This document shows positions 52,701 to 58,784 of a stretch of DNA of 64,000 bases, in pieces (the stretch's first letter is position 1; the number at the start of each line of letters is the position of its first letter). Position numbers and translations under genes: made by a program. The DNA lies in contig NC_043010.1 in assembly GCF_006345805.1 (NCBI RefSeq), positions 33,790,001 through 33,854,000 on the forward strand. The letters are read 5' to 3'. This DNA comes from Octopus sinensis. Taxonomy: Eukaryota. Under the pieces are notes generated by a model. It made no database searches, was not told the DNA's origin, and saw nothing but the letters and a program-made list of their open reading frames with translations.

Positions 52701-55700
52701 CCCGTGCCGGTGGCATGTAAAAAGCACCCACTACACTCTCGGAGTGGTTGACATTAGGAAGGGCATCCAGCTGTAGAAACTCTGCCAAATCAAGATTGGA
52801 GACTGGTGCATCTATCTGGTTCGCCAGCCCTCAGTCAAAATCGTCCAACCCATGCTAGCATGGGAAGCAGACGTTAAACGATGATGATGATGATGATGAT
52901 GATCTTATGTTTCAGTTAAAACCTGACTTGGTTTTTAATGATTTTAAAAACTTGTTTTAACAACTTTTAAAAATTGGTGTAGGAAAACTTTAGAAATCAA
53001 TTTTTAAAATCTTCAAAAACTAATTTTTTTTTAAAAATCACTAAAAATTAGCATAAAATATTTACTGTTCAATATTTAAGAGATGAGGAATTATGTACAT
53101 TATTTACATTCAATGGATATTTGTCCTCATCTTGTTTGTCGTTAACACAATGTTTTGGCTGATATACCCTCCAGCCTTCATCAGGTATCTTGGGGAAATT
53201 TGGAACCTGGGTTCTCATTCGAAATTTCCCCAAGACACCTGAAGAAGGCTGGAGGGTATATCAGCCAAAACATTGTGTTAACAACAAACAAGATGAGGAC
53301 AAATATCCATCGAATGTAAATAATGTATAAAATATTTAATTTTGTAATGGAAAATATGTTTGCTCTTCCCTATTTTGTATAAATTATCATTCACTACTAT
53401 TCACAGGCTCCTGTATGTTCCCTTCGGCCAAATCTTAAATGGTATTAAATAAACTTGCTGGTTTAGTATTACTTTCCAAGTATAATGGGTTCAAACTCAG
53501 GTCAGAAACAGTACACTACTTCAATGTGCCTCTCTCACACAACAGCTCAATGTAACTTTTGCACAAACAGCTTTTTCCTTCCTTCCTTGCTTTCTTTCTT
53601 CCATCCTAATGGTTCCCTAGATCATTGTAGTGGCATAGAATATTCACTAGGCACAGATATTACTTGTATTTTCCTCTGTAGAGGAAGCTAAAAGCCAACT
53701 TGAGTGAATGGATTTATGTTGGTAGAAGATATCACAGGGCTTTCTCACTTCACAGATCTTCTGTTCAACTCTAAAGTAGTTCCATTTGGAACCAAAAAAT
53801 ACAATTGGTATTTTCTGCAATTCACATTGCCTCAGTGAACTTGACATAACTCAAGAGAAAATAGTTTCAAACAAGATATTCCTCAACAAAAGATAGATTA
53901 GTAAATAAAACTGTTTCCCACTGATAAGGGTATTGGAATTTTGAGTTATTCTACTCTTGCTTCAATTTACCTAACTTGGGTGAGTAAGGCTAAAGTAAAC
54001 AGTCTAAAATGTACTGATGTCCTATCTAGGGGAAATTTTAATTTCATCTCATCTGCTTAATGTTATGGATCTTGAACTAATCAAAAGTTCTGATGAGCTC
54101 CTTGGTGTTCAGGATACATTTAATCTGTTTTATTTACTATTGTCAAAGAAGCTAGGTGGTTATGTGGTGATCTTTCAGTCGAGGAGCTGCCTTGAGAAAC
54201 CGAGTTACAAGTTCAAATTTTGTTCGAACCATAATGTCACATGATTCGTTAAAAGGTAGTAAAAGGGACCCTCTGTTTTAGGGAGAAAAACTATGAAGTT
54301 CATGCTCCTCCTCTTCCTTTTTTCTTTTTATTAAAAGAAATATATATATATTAGCAACAGAGACAGTATTAATACAGAGAGGTAATATTTACCCCCACTT
54401 ATAACAAACTATACTGCAGCAGATACCATGAGAGAAACTCTCATATTGGTTTTTGGTGCAAAATTCACTCTTGTTTACATCACTGGTGGAGATATAAATC
54501 CCTGCTGCCTCCAACATTGAGATAAACAAGAGTGCATTTTTACACCAAAAGCCAATATGAGAGTTTCTCTCATGGTATCTACCACAGTATAGTTTGTTCC
54601 ACATTTCAATGGGGATAAATATTACCTGTCTCTTGTCTCCCATCCCTTTGAAGATTATTCGTATAAGAGAATTGAAGTGGCTTCAACCAGTTTTGAAATT
54701 ACATTCTGGTTTTTTGCTTGTTCTCATAAGATTCCCTCTTGCTCAGCAGTGCTCATCGGGTGTTGTGATTGTGTATCCCTAATTCAGCATTGATCAACTA
54801 GTCCTATGGCAATCAGGTCGTCAATCAACAACAAGGAAATCATCCACCACAGAGCTGCTGGTGGTGTTAATGTGGAACCTTTAGTCAACTCTGATCAAGA
54901 TTTACAACTAAATAGCTGTTGTAAAGCGGTCTTTTATCACTTCTGTATCTATCTTTTGATGACAGTTGTTTCTCTGACAGATATTGTTATATTCTGAAGT
55001 CCTCAACAAGATGGTTCTTTCAGGCACTGTACAACCCCACCACCACCATCATACAGAGTTATTATCCTCAAAAGGTTGGATTGTTATAACATCCACTCAG
55101 TATCACAGTATGATTGACTATATCAGCACAGACACGACTATCAACACAGTCTACGCGTACTCTCGACCTTCTTCTGTCGACCAGCTACTGGTCTATTTAT
55201 TATGGCTGGATACTACCATTTTTACCAGGAGTGTACAGTTTCACTATACAACAGTAGCATCAAGAATCCTTTGTTCCAGAAATACCAGAGTGTAAATTCC
55301 ATCATGCAGTAGGCATACCACACTCCCTCCACTTTCCAATTTATTTTTGTACACCTGTTGTTGTTGTTGTTGTTTAACCCCAAATAGTGAAGATGCTTGG
55401 TGCAGTGGTTAGAGCACCAGGTTTACAATTATGAGGTTGTGGGTTCAATTCCTGGTTCAAGTTGTATGTTGTATTCTTGAGGAAAATACTTTCATGTTGC
55501 TCCAGTTCACTCAGCTGTAGAAATGAGTTGCAACATCACTGGGGCCAATTTGTACCGGCCTTTGCCTTTCCCTTGGATAACATCAGTGGTGTGGAGAGGG
55601 AATGCTGGAATATATGGGCAACTGCTGGTCTTCCATAAATGACTTTGCCCAGACTTGAGCCTCAGAGGGGAACTTTCTGTGTGCAATCCCATGGTCATTC

Positions 55701-57418
55701 TGAGTGAAAGGGGTCTTTATCCTGACCTGTTTTTTATATCAAGGACTGAATTATCCAATGCTCCCCCACCTTTTTCTAAATAAAGAAATTCAGTAGGGTG
55801 ATGTTTGAAGAAAATTTTGCTATTTTTAGCAGGCTGGTTGACCATATAAAGGCTCCATAGCAATGGCCACAGTGGAAGTGAAAAAAATACACAGAGTATG
55901 ACACTTGTTGCTCCTCTACATTATTCATGGTCTGCATCCCAGCACACTGTTTTAAACTGATTGTGTGTGTGTGTGAGAGGGAGAGAGAGAGGGGAGAGAG
56001 ACATGTTCATTTGGACTGTTTGAGTTGGTGGTTTATTGAGATAGCATTTTAGGTTGCTATTACAGAACTGTTCTGAGGGTGATTAACTCTCTTGCATTCA
56101 AATTATTCTGTCAAATGTAATGCTTATTTATTCACATTGATTTGAATTAGTCATGCATTACTTTGTAGCTTAGATGTGATTATTTCTACAATAATTTTAT
56201 AGGGTAAGTATGCAAGTTCAGATCTGACCAGTTTGAACATAAAGCAGGTAGAATATTTTGGCCAGATGTGGTCAGTTTAAATACTAAGGGTTAAACCTGC
56301 TGTGGCAAGGACTGTAAAGGTTAGAAATTGCTGTGGTAACAAATTGTGTGAATTTTGTATGTCCAAAATAATCTTTCCCAGTCTGTTTGAGTGTTGGCTG
56401 TTGAGTACAATGATAGGTTGTATTTGATGATGTTTGGTAGGTGCTAATTTAAATCGCTTTATGTTTTGGATGTGGTGGGCAGAGAGATACCCAAGTTTCT
56501 AAATGAACGATGGCAGTGTAATTACACTTGTGCAGCTACATCTCAAACGTTTGGTTGAAGTAACTATGATAGCAGGTCTATATGAGGCCATTTGTTTTCT
56601 CAGGTATGGAAGGGCAAAAAGGGAGGTTCATGTAGTGATAAGTTAAATTGACTGACATTCTATCTATTACTTTTTCGATTTTTTTTTATGCCAACTGACC
56701 AATAGGCATCGTGTATTTATTTAATTTAGGGTGAGGGAAGAAGCAAGTTAGCTGTGAGAAATTTCTAAGTTGAGTTGCAGTTAATAAAATTATAATTTTT
56801 CCATACTGTTTTTATATACACACTAAATACTTTAAAAATAAGGTTTACAAAATTAACTCTATAATATTAACCCCTTCTTTCCTTGATAATCTTCTATTTT
56901 ATTTTATATCCATTCAGGATATTTCTTAGCTCTTATTTAACAGCTAGGTGCCTTTTGTAGCTAACAATTCAACCATATGTTAGGGATTGGAATTCTTTTT
57001 TTTTCTTTTTTTTTTTTATATTTGTCAAGGAAACTGAAGGAAGCAAGGTAATGCTATACTGTAACACAGCTTTCTAAACCCACATACAAAAAAGAATCCA
57101 GCTACTGACACACTAACACAAAACCCTCAGGTTGTTAATACTCTGTAACACAAGACGTCTACCAGCTGCTACATTGTAACACGAAATTTCCACTCACTGA
57201 TACATTGTAACACAAATATTTAGCCACTGCTGCTGCTTGTATTTTGTGATTTAATTTTTTTTTTCATTTCTCTCTTACAGAATTTTCTAAAAGCCTCACC
57301 TCCAGTTGAAGATAGATCTCTCTCCCAGGAGACCCTCCCAGATGATGTTGAAACACCACCCATTTCTACAAAGCCTGACCAGTCTAAAAGAAATGAGAAC
57401 GACCACTTACTAAATTAG
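1516..57418 (+). CDS. SPPL2: Signal peptide peptidase-like 2 (SPPL2A/2B-type) GxGD aspartyl intramembrane protease, multi-exon, 5'-partial and lacking the PAL exon
   Basis: GT-AG exons join in frame: PA domain (VMRGDCSF), TM segments, WILQDILG, FFLYDIFFVF, LPLVFRVP, SLLGFGDVILPG; exon order and intron phases resemble vertebrate SPPL2A. Confidence 0.96.
1725..2140. repeat. ACC/ATC-rich minisatellite, 18-bp unit ACCACCACCGTCATAACC
   Basis: Near-perfect units at ~1970-2110, degenerate flanks; source of the spurious poly-T/I and M/V ORFs. Confidence 0.9.
2340..2730. mobile_element. Two RTE-tailed SINE copies (family C, (GAT)n tail) in inverted orientation
   Basis: 2340-2427 is the reverse complement of 2636-2730 (GGTGCAGCCTCC...CCCATGCCAGCATGGAAAACGGATATTAAACGAT). 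Confidence 0.85.
3145..3333 (+). CDS. SPPL2: SPPL2 exon, PA domain core, phase 0-0
   Basis: atttcAG|KFYRLVDFSSATGCSEDTYVDANLSQAVVTVMRGDCSFSVKASIVAKLGAVAIINISPSNESL|GTaagt; 189 nt. Confidence 0.95.
3682..3900 (+). mobile_element. tRNA-derived SINE (family B)
   Basis: Head GGTGTGGCTGTGTGGTAAGAAGTTTGCTT..GGTTCATTCCCACTG, body GGGCAAGTGACTTCTACTATAG..TTGTGAGTGAATTTGGTAGATGGAAAC. Confidence 0.8.
4340..4650 (-). mobile_element. RTE-tailed SINE (family C)
   Basis: (ATC)n tail then reverse-complemented CCCATGC..GGAAA and AAAAGCACC modules. Confidence 0.8.
5901..6382. mobile_element. Inverted (head-to-head) dimer of a tRNA-headed element with a hammerhead-like 3' part, inside a 13-bp TSD
   Basis: Arms ~5901-6116 (minus) and ~6123-6382 (plus) are reverse complements; ATTGAACTAACTA at 5888-5900 and 6383-6395; A box GATAGTGGTTAA and B box GAGTTCGATTCC (6167-6178) in the plus arm. 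Confidence 0.88.
5946..5990 (-). ncRNA. Degenerate minimal type I hammerhead ribozyme motif (cleavage triplet deleted)
   Basis: Minus strand: AAC CTGATGA A GGCTG gtgggtatat CAGTT GAAA TGTGTT; CUGAUGA core, stem II and GAAA present, 3 nt lost at stem III. Confidence 0.6.
6766..6852 (+). CDS. SPPL2: SPPL2 exon, end of PA domain, phase 0-0
   Basis: ttcacAG|IIPGGNKTDYMNINISVALMRDIEFATIK|GTaagt; 87 nt. Confidence 0.93.
7895..8235 (+). mobile_element. RTE-tailed SINE (family C)
   Basis: Repeated GCCAGTGGCAC..AAAAGCACC modules, GGAAGGGCATCCAGCTGTA, ends CATTAAACGATGATGATGATG. Confidence 0.85.
8833..8972 (+). CDS. SPPL2: SPPL2 exon, TM1, phase 0-2
   Basis: ctttcAG|HLGDNIKCQLYSPQPTLFGLTEAVIFLLALISIVIGSYWSGVLFYE+ga|GTtagt; 140 nt. 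Confidence 0.94.
9975..10215 (-). mobile_element. RTE-tailed SINE (family C)
   Basis: Reverse complement of the family C 3' half with (ATC)n tail. Confidence 0.8.
11277..11420. mobile_element. MITE, Tc1/mariner-type (TA TSD + perfect 27-bp TIR)
   Basis: TAGAAAATTACTATTTGTAAATCTCTCAA (11277-11305) is the exact reverse complement of 11392-11420. Confidence 0.8.
11519..11692 (+). repeat. Copy 1 of a 121-bp identical direct repeat, carrying an extra internal 53-bp tandem duplication
   Basis: Matches 16141-16261; TAGATTATAGAT...GGAAAATTC occurs at 11546 and 11599. Confidence 0.9.
13349..13568. mobile_element. piggyBac-like MITE
   Basis: TTAA|CCCTTTAGCATT...AATGCTAAAGGG|TTAA; related copies near 6430-6616, 21458-21670, 23905-24110, 56090-56295. 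Confidence 0.85.
13707..13713 (+). promoter_or_regulatory. Consensus branch point TACTAAC upstream of the 51-nt exon
   Basis: TACTAAC followed by a pyrimidine tract and AG at 13738-13739. Confidence 0.6.
13740..13790 (+). CDS. SPPL2: SPPL2 candidate symmetric (phase 2-2) exon in the TM1-TM2 cytosolic loop
   Basis: attttcAG|a+TNLKKINEDVSESPPT+cg|GTacga; 51 nt, frame-compatible with both neighbours. Confidence 0.7.
14349..14562 (+). mobile_element. tRNA-derived SINE (family A)
   Basis: GGCGGTGAGCTAGCAGAA..CTGAGTTCAAATTCC..CCTTTCATCC..AAGTACCAG; many further copies in the window. Confidence 0.85.
16141..16261 (+). repeat. Copy 2 of the 121-bp identical direct repeat
   Basis: ATAGTGACTTCTCAAAAGG...AAGTACAGTGAA identical to 11519-11692 minus the 53-bp duplication. 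Confidence 0.9.
16676..16879. mobile_element. piggyBac-like MITE (second family)
   Basis: TTAA|TCCTTTCGTTAC...GTAATGAAAGGG|TTAA; related degenerate copy ~14640-14873. Confidence 0.7.
17190..17371 (+). CDS. SPPL2: SPPL2 exon, loop + TM2, phase 2-1
   Basis: gttgtAG|g+NEVTAEGHKPLESENSDDADKERKLKASQKLLSISVPVVIFLIIVMSSFLLGLYFFYNYL+g|GTaagt; 182 nt. Confidence 0.95.
17522..17735 (+). mobile_element. tRNA-derived SINE (family A)
   Basis: GGTGGAAAGCTGGCAGAATC..CTGAGTTCAAATTCC..GTCGATAAAATAAGTACCAG. Confidence 0.85.
17990..18240. repeat. Fold-back element: perfect 55-bp hairpin nested in an older diverged inverted repeat
   Basis: 18033-18087 and 18092-18146 are exact reverse complements with loop AGCC; 18156-18240 is a diverged reverse complement of 17990-18077. 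Confidence 0.9.
18241..18290. repeat. (TA)n microsatellite
   Basis: Direct reading. Confidence 0.95.
20173..21070 (-). mobile_element. Mariner (Tc1/mariner) transposon, internally deleted, non-coding
   Basis: TIRs TATT..ATCATCCCATAAATAATGCGGTTTT / AAAACCGCATTATTTATAGGATGACTCAATA; transposase fragments with N-terminal HTH (RNINAVYG..CQWWFQKFR) and PSYSLDIAPFDYHLF..LPDRWKSIVENEGEY. Confidence 0.93.
21458..21670. mobile_element. piggyBac-like MITE (opposite orientation to the 13349 copy)
   Basis: CTAA|CCCTTTAGCATT...AATGCTAAAGGG|TTAT. Confidence 0.75.
22818..23017 (+). mobile_element. RTE-clade LINE 3' end fragment
   Basis: TRQALDSNPQGKRKRGRPKQTWKWSILDKLRTTGLTWEAAKKHANYRKKWKTTVEALCSTRGKKD*. 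Confidence 0.85.
26681..26777 (+). CDS. SPPL2: SPPL2 exon, TM3, phase 1-2
   Basis: atttcAG|ta+YVVIVIFMVAASIAFYSCFKPLWNYIIPGKQ+cg|GTaaga; 97 nt. Confidence 0.94.
26933..27269. mobile_element. hAT-like MITE
   Basis: CAGGGGTTCTTAAC...GTTGAGAACCACTG with 8-bp TSD ATCTAGAG/ACCTAGAG. Confidence 0.85.
28978..29091 (+). CDS. SPPL2: SPPL2 exon, TM4, phase 2-2
   Basis: ctttcAG|a+LKFNLGSCCKADIMYKEIVLLMLGFAAGITWLVLRHK+cc|GTaagt; 114 nt. Confidence 0.94.
29221..29520. repeat. 20-bp minisatellite x15 with a 40-bp higher-order period
   Basis: CATGATGTACATCTGCATCA alternates with CATGTTGTGCATCTGCACCA for the first six units. Confidence 0.95.
30020..30252 (-). mobile_element. Young tRNA-derived SINE (family A) with 17-bp TSD
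   Basis: GAATTTCTACACATTCT at 30003-30019 and 30253-30269; CpG-rich, near-intact. Confidence 0.9.
30786..30867 (+). CDS. SPPL2: SPPL2 exon, TM5, phase 2-0
   Basis: atttcAG|a+YSWILQDILGVLFCINVLKNLRIPSLK|GTgaga; 82 nt. Confidence 0.96.
31686..31735. repeat. (CT)n microsatellite
   Basis: Direct reading. Confidence 0.95.
32267..32341 (+). CDS. SPPL2: SPPL2 exon, TM6 with catalytic YD motif, phase 0-0
   Basis: atcacAG|AGTLLLGMFFLYDIFFVFLTPLFTE|GTaagt; 75 nt. Confidence 0.97.
32440..33050. repeat. Pyrimidine-rich complex tandem repeat with a ~200-bp internal duplication
   Basis: TTCTATTTGCTCCCCCTCCTGCCTCC at 32561 and 32761, variants at ~32928 and ~33002; recurrent CTTCTGTCTGCT modules. Confidence 0.9.
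33229..33288 (+). CDS. SPPL2: SPPL2 exon, TM6-TM7 loop, phase 0-0
   Basis: cttctAG|NGESVMVDVATGKSGHHSES|GTaagt; 60 nt. Confidence 0.96.
35500..35750 (-). mobile_element. tRNA-derived SINE (family D, CACTCAGCTGTAGAAATGAGTTG core)
   Basis: Reverse complement of the plus-strand copy at ~55375-55710. Confidence 0.75.
36014..36088 (+). CDS. SPPL2: SPPL2 candidate extra exon in the TM6-TM7 loop, phase 0-0, with an internal in-frame alternative donor at 36067/36068
   Basis: tttttgttAG|AASNSMPRSLNVPDNKKD(GTaagc)VSSTREV|GTaagt; 75 nt, no stop. Confidence 0.75.
38265..38760. mobile_element. Two family C SINE copies, tail-to-tail
   Basis: Plus copy ~38265-38475 meets the (ATC)n tail of a minus copy at ~38480. 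Confidence 0.7.
41404..41649. mobile_element. hAT-like MITE nested in a SINE
   Basis: CAGTGGCTCTCAAC...GTTGAAAACCACTG; 8-bp flanks GTCTAACT/ATCTAACC. Confidence 0.8.
41763..42123. mobile_element. Fold-back MITE with ~150-bp inverted arms
   Basis: GGATCTTTACCTTTTG...ATTATTTTTTGTT (41763-41912) vs AACAAAAAATAAC...CAAAAGGTAAAGATCC (41972-42123). Confidence 0.88.
42446..42451 (+). CDS. SPPL2: Candidate 6-nt microexon (Glu-Gln) of SPPL2; alternatively a zero-length recursive splice site
   Basis: Poly-T tract, CTAAT/CTAAC, TGC, then acaacAAG|GAACAG|GTAAGT; phase 0-0 gives EQ|LPLVFRVP. Confidence 0.55.
44202..44516. mobile_element. piggyBac-like MITE (third family)
   Basis: TTAA|TCCCTTCAGTCAC...GTGACTGAAGGGG|TTAA. 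Confidence 0.8.
47370..47590. mobile_element. hAT-like MITE, 3'-truncated copy
   Basis: TAGGGGTTCTCAACCATTTT.. homologous to 26933-27269; no right TIR. Confidence 0.75.
48139..48238 (+). CDS. SPPL2: SPPL2 exon, TM7 with catalytic GxGD motif, phase 0-1
   Basis: attttcAG|LPLVFRVPPLFPSHPSVCFVQESLLGFGDVILP+g|GTaagg; 100 nt. Confidence 0.98.
48567..48815 (+). mobile_element. Possible degraded non-LTR retrotransposon C-terminal fragment
   Basis: ISLARLRDYGHYPSLQTY resembles the LAxLRxGH..L motif near the end of LINE ORF2; remainder is decayed. Confidence 0.35.
49126..49203 (+). CDS. SPPL2: SPPL2 exon, TM7 end to TM8 start, phase 1-1
   Basis: gttacAG|gt+VLVVYSHIFDIYVRAKKLYLVISIF+g|GTaagc; 78 nt. 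Confidence 0.95.
51034..51133. other. Assembly gap (100 N, probably a placeholder of unknown size)
   Basis: Exactly 100 N; left flank is T-rich, right flank is mariner sequence lacking its terminal repeat. Confidence 0.97.
51134..52331 (-). mobile_element. Mariner transposon, near full length, inactivated transposase
   Basis: Same family as 20173-21070; QWVPHKL and PHLPYSPDIAPSDYHL motifs; first catalytic Asp region decayed; TIR CATTATTTATGGGATGACCCAATA at the right end. Confidence 0.94.
52350..52903 (+). mobile_element. RTE-tailed SINE (family C) with amplified internal modules
   Basis: A ~131-bp block (GAGCACCAT..GAGCGTGATC..CCTTACTGGCAC) occurs twice; ends GTTAAACG(ATG)n. Confidence 0.88.
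53143..53190 (-). ncRNA. Minimal hammerhead-like motif, G12 mutated
   Basis: Minus strand: GATAC CTGATGA A GGCTG gagggtatat CAGCC AAAAC ATT GTGTT. Confidence 0.6.
53234..53279 (+). ncRNA. Minimal hammerhead-like motif, G12 mutated
   Basis: GACAC CTGAAGA A GGCTG gagggtatat CAGCC AAAAC ATT GTGTT; stem I GACAC/GTGTT, stem II GGCTG/CAGCC. Confidence 0.62.
54377..54632. mobile_element. Fold-back MITE with ~100-bp inverted arms
   Basis: AACAAACTATACTG..GATACCATGAGAGAAACTCTCATATTGG..CACTCTTGTTTA vs TAAACAAGAGTG..CCAATATGAGAGTTTCTCTCATGGTATC..CAGTATAGTTTGTT. Confidence 0.87.
54990..55290 (+). mobile_element. Possible relic of a LINE AP-endonuclease C-terminus
   Basis: SMIDYISTDTTINTVYAYSRPSSVDQLLV resembles the IDY...SDH motif region; weak. 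Confidence 0.3.
55375..55710 (+). mobile_element. tRNA-derived SINE (family D)
   Basis: Head GGTGCAGTGGTTAGAGC..GGGTTCAATTCC; body TTGCTCCAGTTCACTCAGCTGTAGAAATGAGTTGC. Confidence 0.8.
57030..57047 (+). CDS. SPPL2: Candidate 18-nt microexon (ETEGSK) in the SPPL2 C-terminal tail, phase 0-0
   Basis: Long poly-T tract, tttgtcAAG|GAAACTGAAGGAAGCAAG|GTaatg; in frame with the terminal exon. Confidence 0.6.
57055..57230. repeat. Degenerate ~31-bp repeat with TGTAACAC/CTAACAC core x5
   Basis: Core at ~57060, 57113, 57143, 57174, 57206. Confidence 0.65.
57281..57418 (+). CDS. SPPL2: SPPL2 terminal coding exon
   Basis: ctcttacAG|NFLKASPPVEDRSLSQETLPDDVETPPISTKPDQSKRNENDHLLN*; strong acceptor, hydrophilic tail, TAG at 57416-57418. 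Confidence 0.82.
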   Translation, partial: NFLKASPPVEDRSLSQETLPDDVETPPISTKPDQSKRNENDHLLN

Positions 57419-57620
57419 TTGCCTAATGAATATTGGGATGCAAGAAAATCACTGACTTTTACACCATCTTTCTGGCATTACATCATGCCAAGCCTTTTGG
57501 TTTGTGAATATCCGTGTTTCTCCCTGTGTGTGAGTGTGTGTGTATGTACACAGATGTGTGTGTGTGTGTTTAGTGTGTACACTCAATTTGAAATAAGAGT
57601 AAATGTATAATGCATAAATT

Positions 57621-57624
<4 letters not shown>

Positions 57625-57683
<59 letters not shown>
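57625..57683. repeat. (TA)n microsatellite in the putative 3' UTR
   Basis: Direct reading. Confidence 0.95.
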
Positions 57684-57685
<2 letters not shown>

Positions 57686-58784
57686 CAGGAATTGTAACAA
57701 ATGTTCCATTCCATCTTAGCAAAGTGTGACTGCCAAAACAAAAGATAAACCAACTGAGTAGGCTGAGAATGGCAGAGTTGATATCAATTTAGGCTACAGA
57801 ATCTCAGGTATTAAGTTATCCTTTTTACTAAATATTTTAGGCAGGAGGCCCTTTATTCTGCCTTGTTTGAGTTCTGTTGCTTCTTGAAGGAAGGGGTACC
57901 AGAATCACAAGAATGTCACCTTTATTATAAACTAGCATTCTATCCAGGAACAGATTTAGCTCTCATTTCCTTAGTGCCATGAAACTAAAGCTGAGCACTG
58001 GCTAAACCTGCGAGACCCTTACATGTTCTACTGGTATCCATAGCTCATTGCATTGTCTCTTGACATATTAGCTTCACATATCCCACTCCTCTCTCCATGA
58101 CATCCCTTATGATAATAAAATCCAAGTTAAGCTTTTAGGTGGTCATTAAGTGTAGCTACTGTGAGGAAAATATCTGAGTGTGTCTGAGGAGCTCAGTACA
58201 AGAGAGAGCTTTCTATGTCTCATGACAACTAAATTTATTACCATCTACAAACTCTCTTTAGATTCTTTTACTAGTGTTGTCAGTGCGGTCATTTGACCAT
58301 TTTCCTCGGATTCCAGATTTTATCCTTATCTCCATGTTAAAATTCTACTAATGAATTATTACTTCCTTTTACTAGCTCAGTGGACACCAGATCATTTGAG
58401 ACTTGACCAGACACAACACAATGCCTGTTGTGCAGGTTATAAACCATCAACTGTTCAGATAACAGTTTGACATCATATCAGCTGAAACCAGCAAAATAAC
58501 TTGCCTGTATTTGGTAAAATTTCTTTGCATTCTCTCTGAATCCTGTTTTGGTTAACTTTCCCTTTTCCTCCTCCAAGGGCTGATAAAATAATCATTATTT
58601 CGGACTTCATTAAATATACTATGCCTCTCTTCCCACCGGGGTTACATTTCCCTTTCATCTTTTGGGGTTGGTAACATAAGTACCAGCTGAGCACTGGGGT
58701 CAGTGTAATTGACTAAACCCCACTTCCCATTAAACATTTTGGGTCATGTGCCTATCATAGAAGGGATTATTATTAGTACTATTT

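Larger units (their letters stand above)
53065..53326. mobile_element. Second inverted dimer of the hammerhead-bearing element (headless), inside a 12-bp TSD
   Basis: Minus arm 53065-53220 and plus arm 53218-53326 join at TTC; ATAAAATATTTA at 53053-53064 and 53327-53338. Confidence 0.88.

Noticed and set aside
56591-56609. Recursive splice site tttgttttctCAG|GTATGG
   Set aside because: Short pyrimidine tract, no clear branch point, and such motifs arise by chance in a 64-kb window
56918-56990. Possible remnant of the missing PAL exon (cattcAG|GYFLALI*)
   Set aside because: Stops after seven codons and no frame gives GQPALLYLVP
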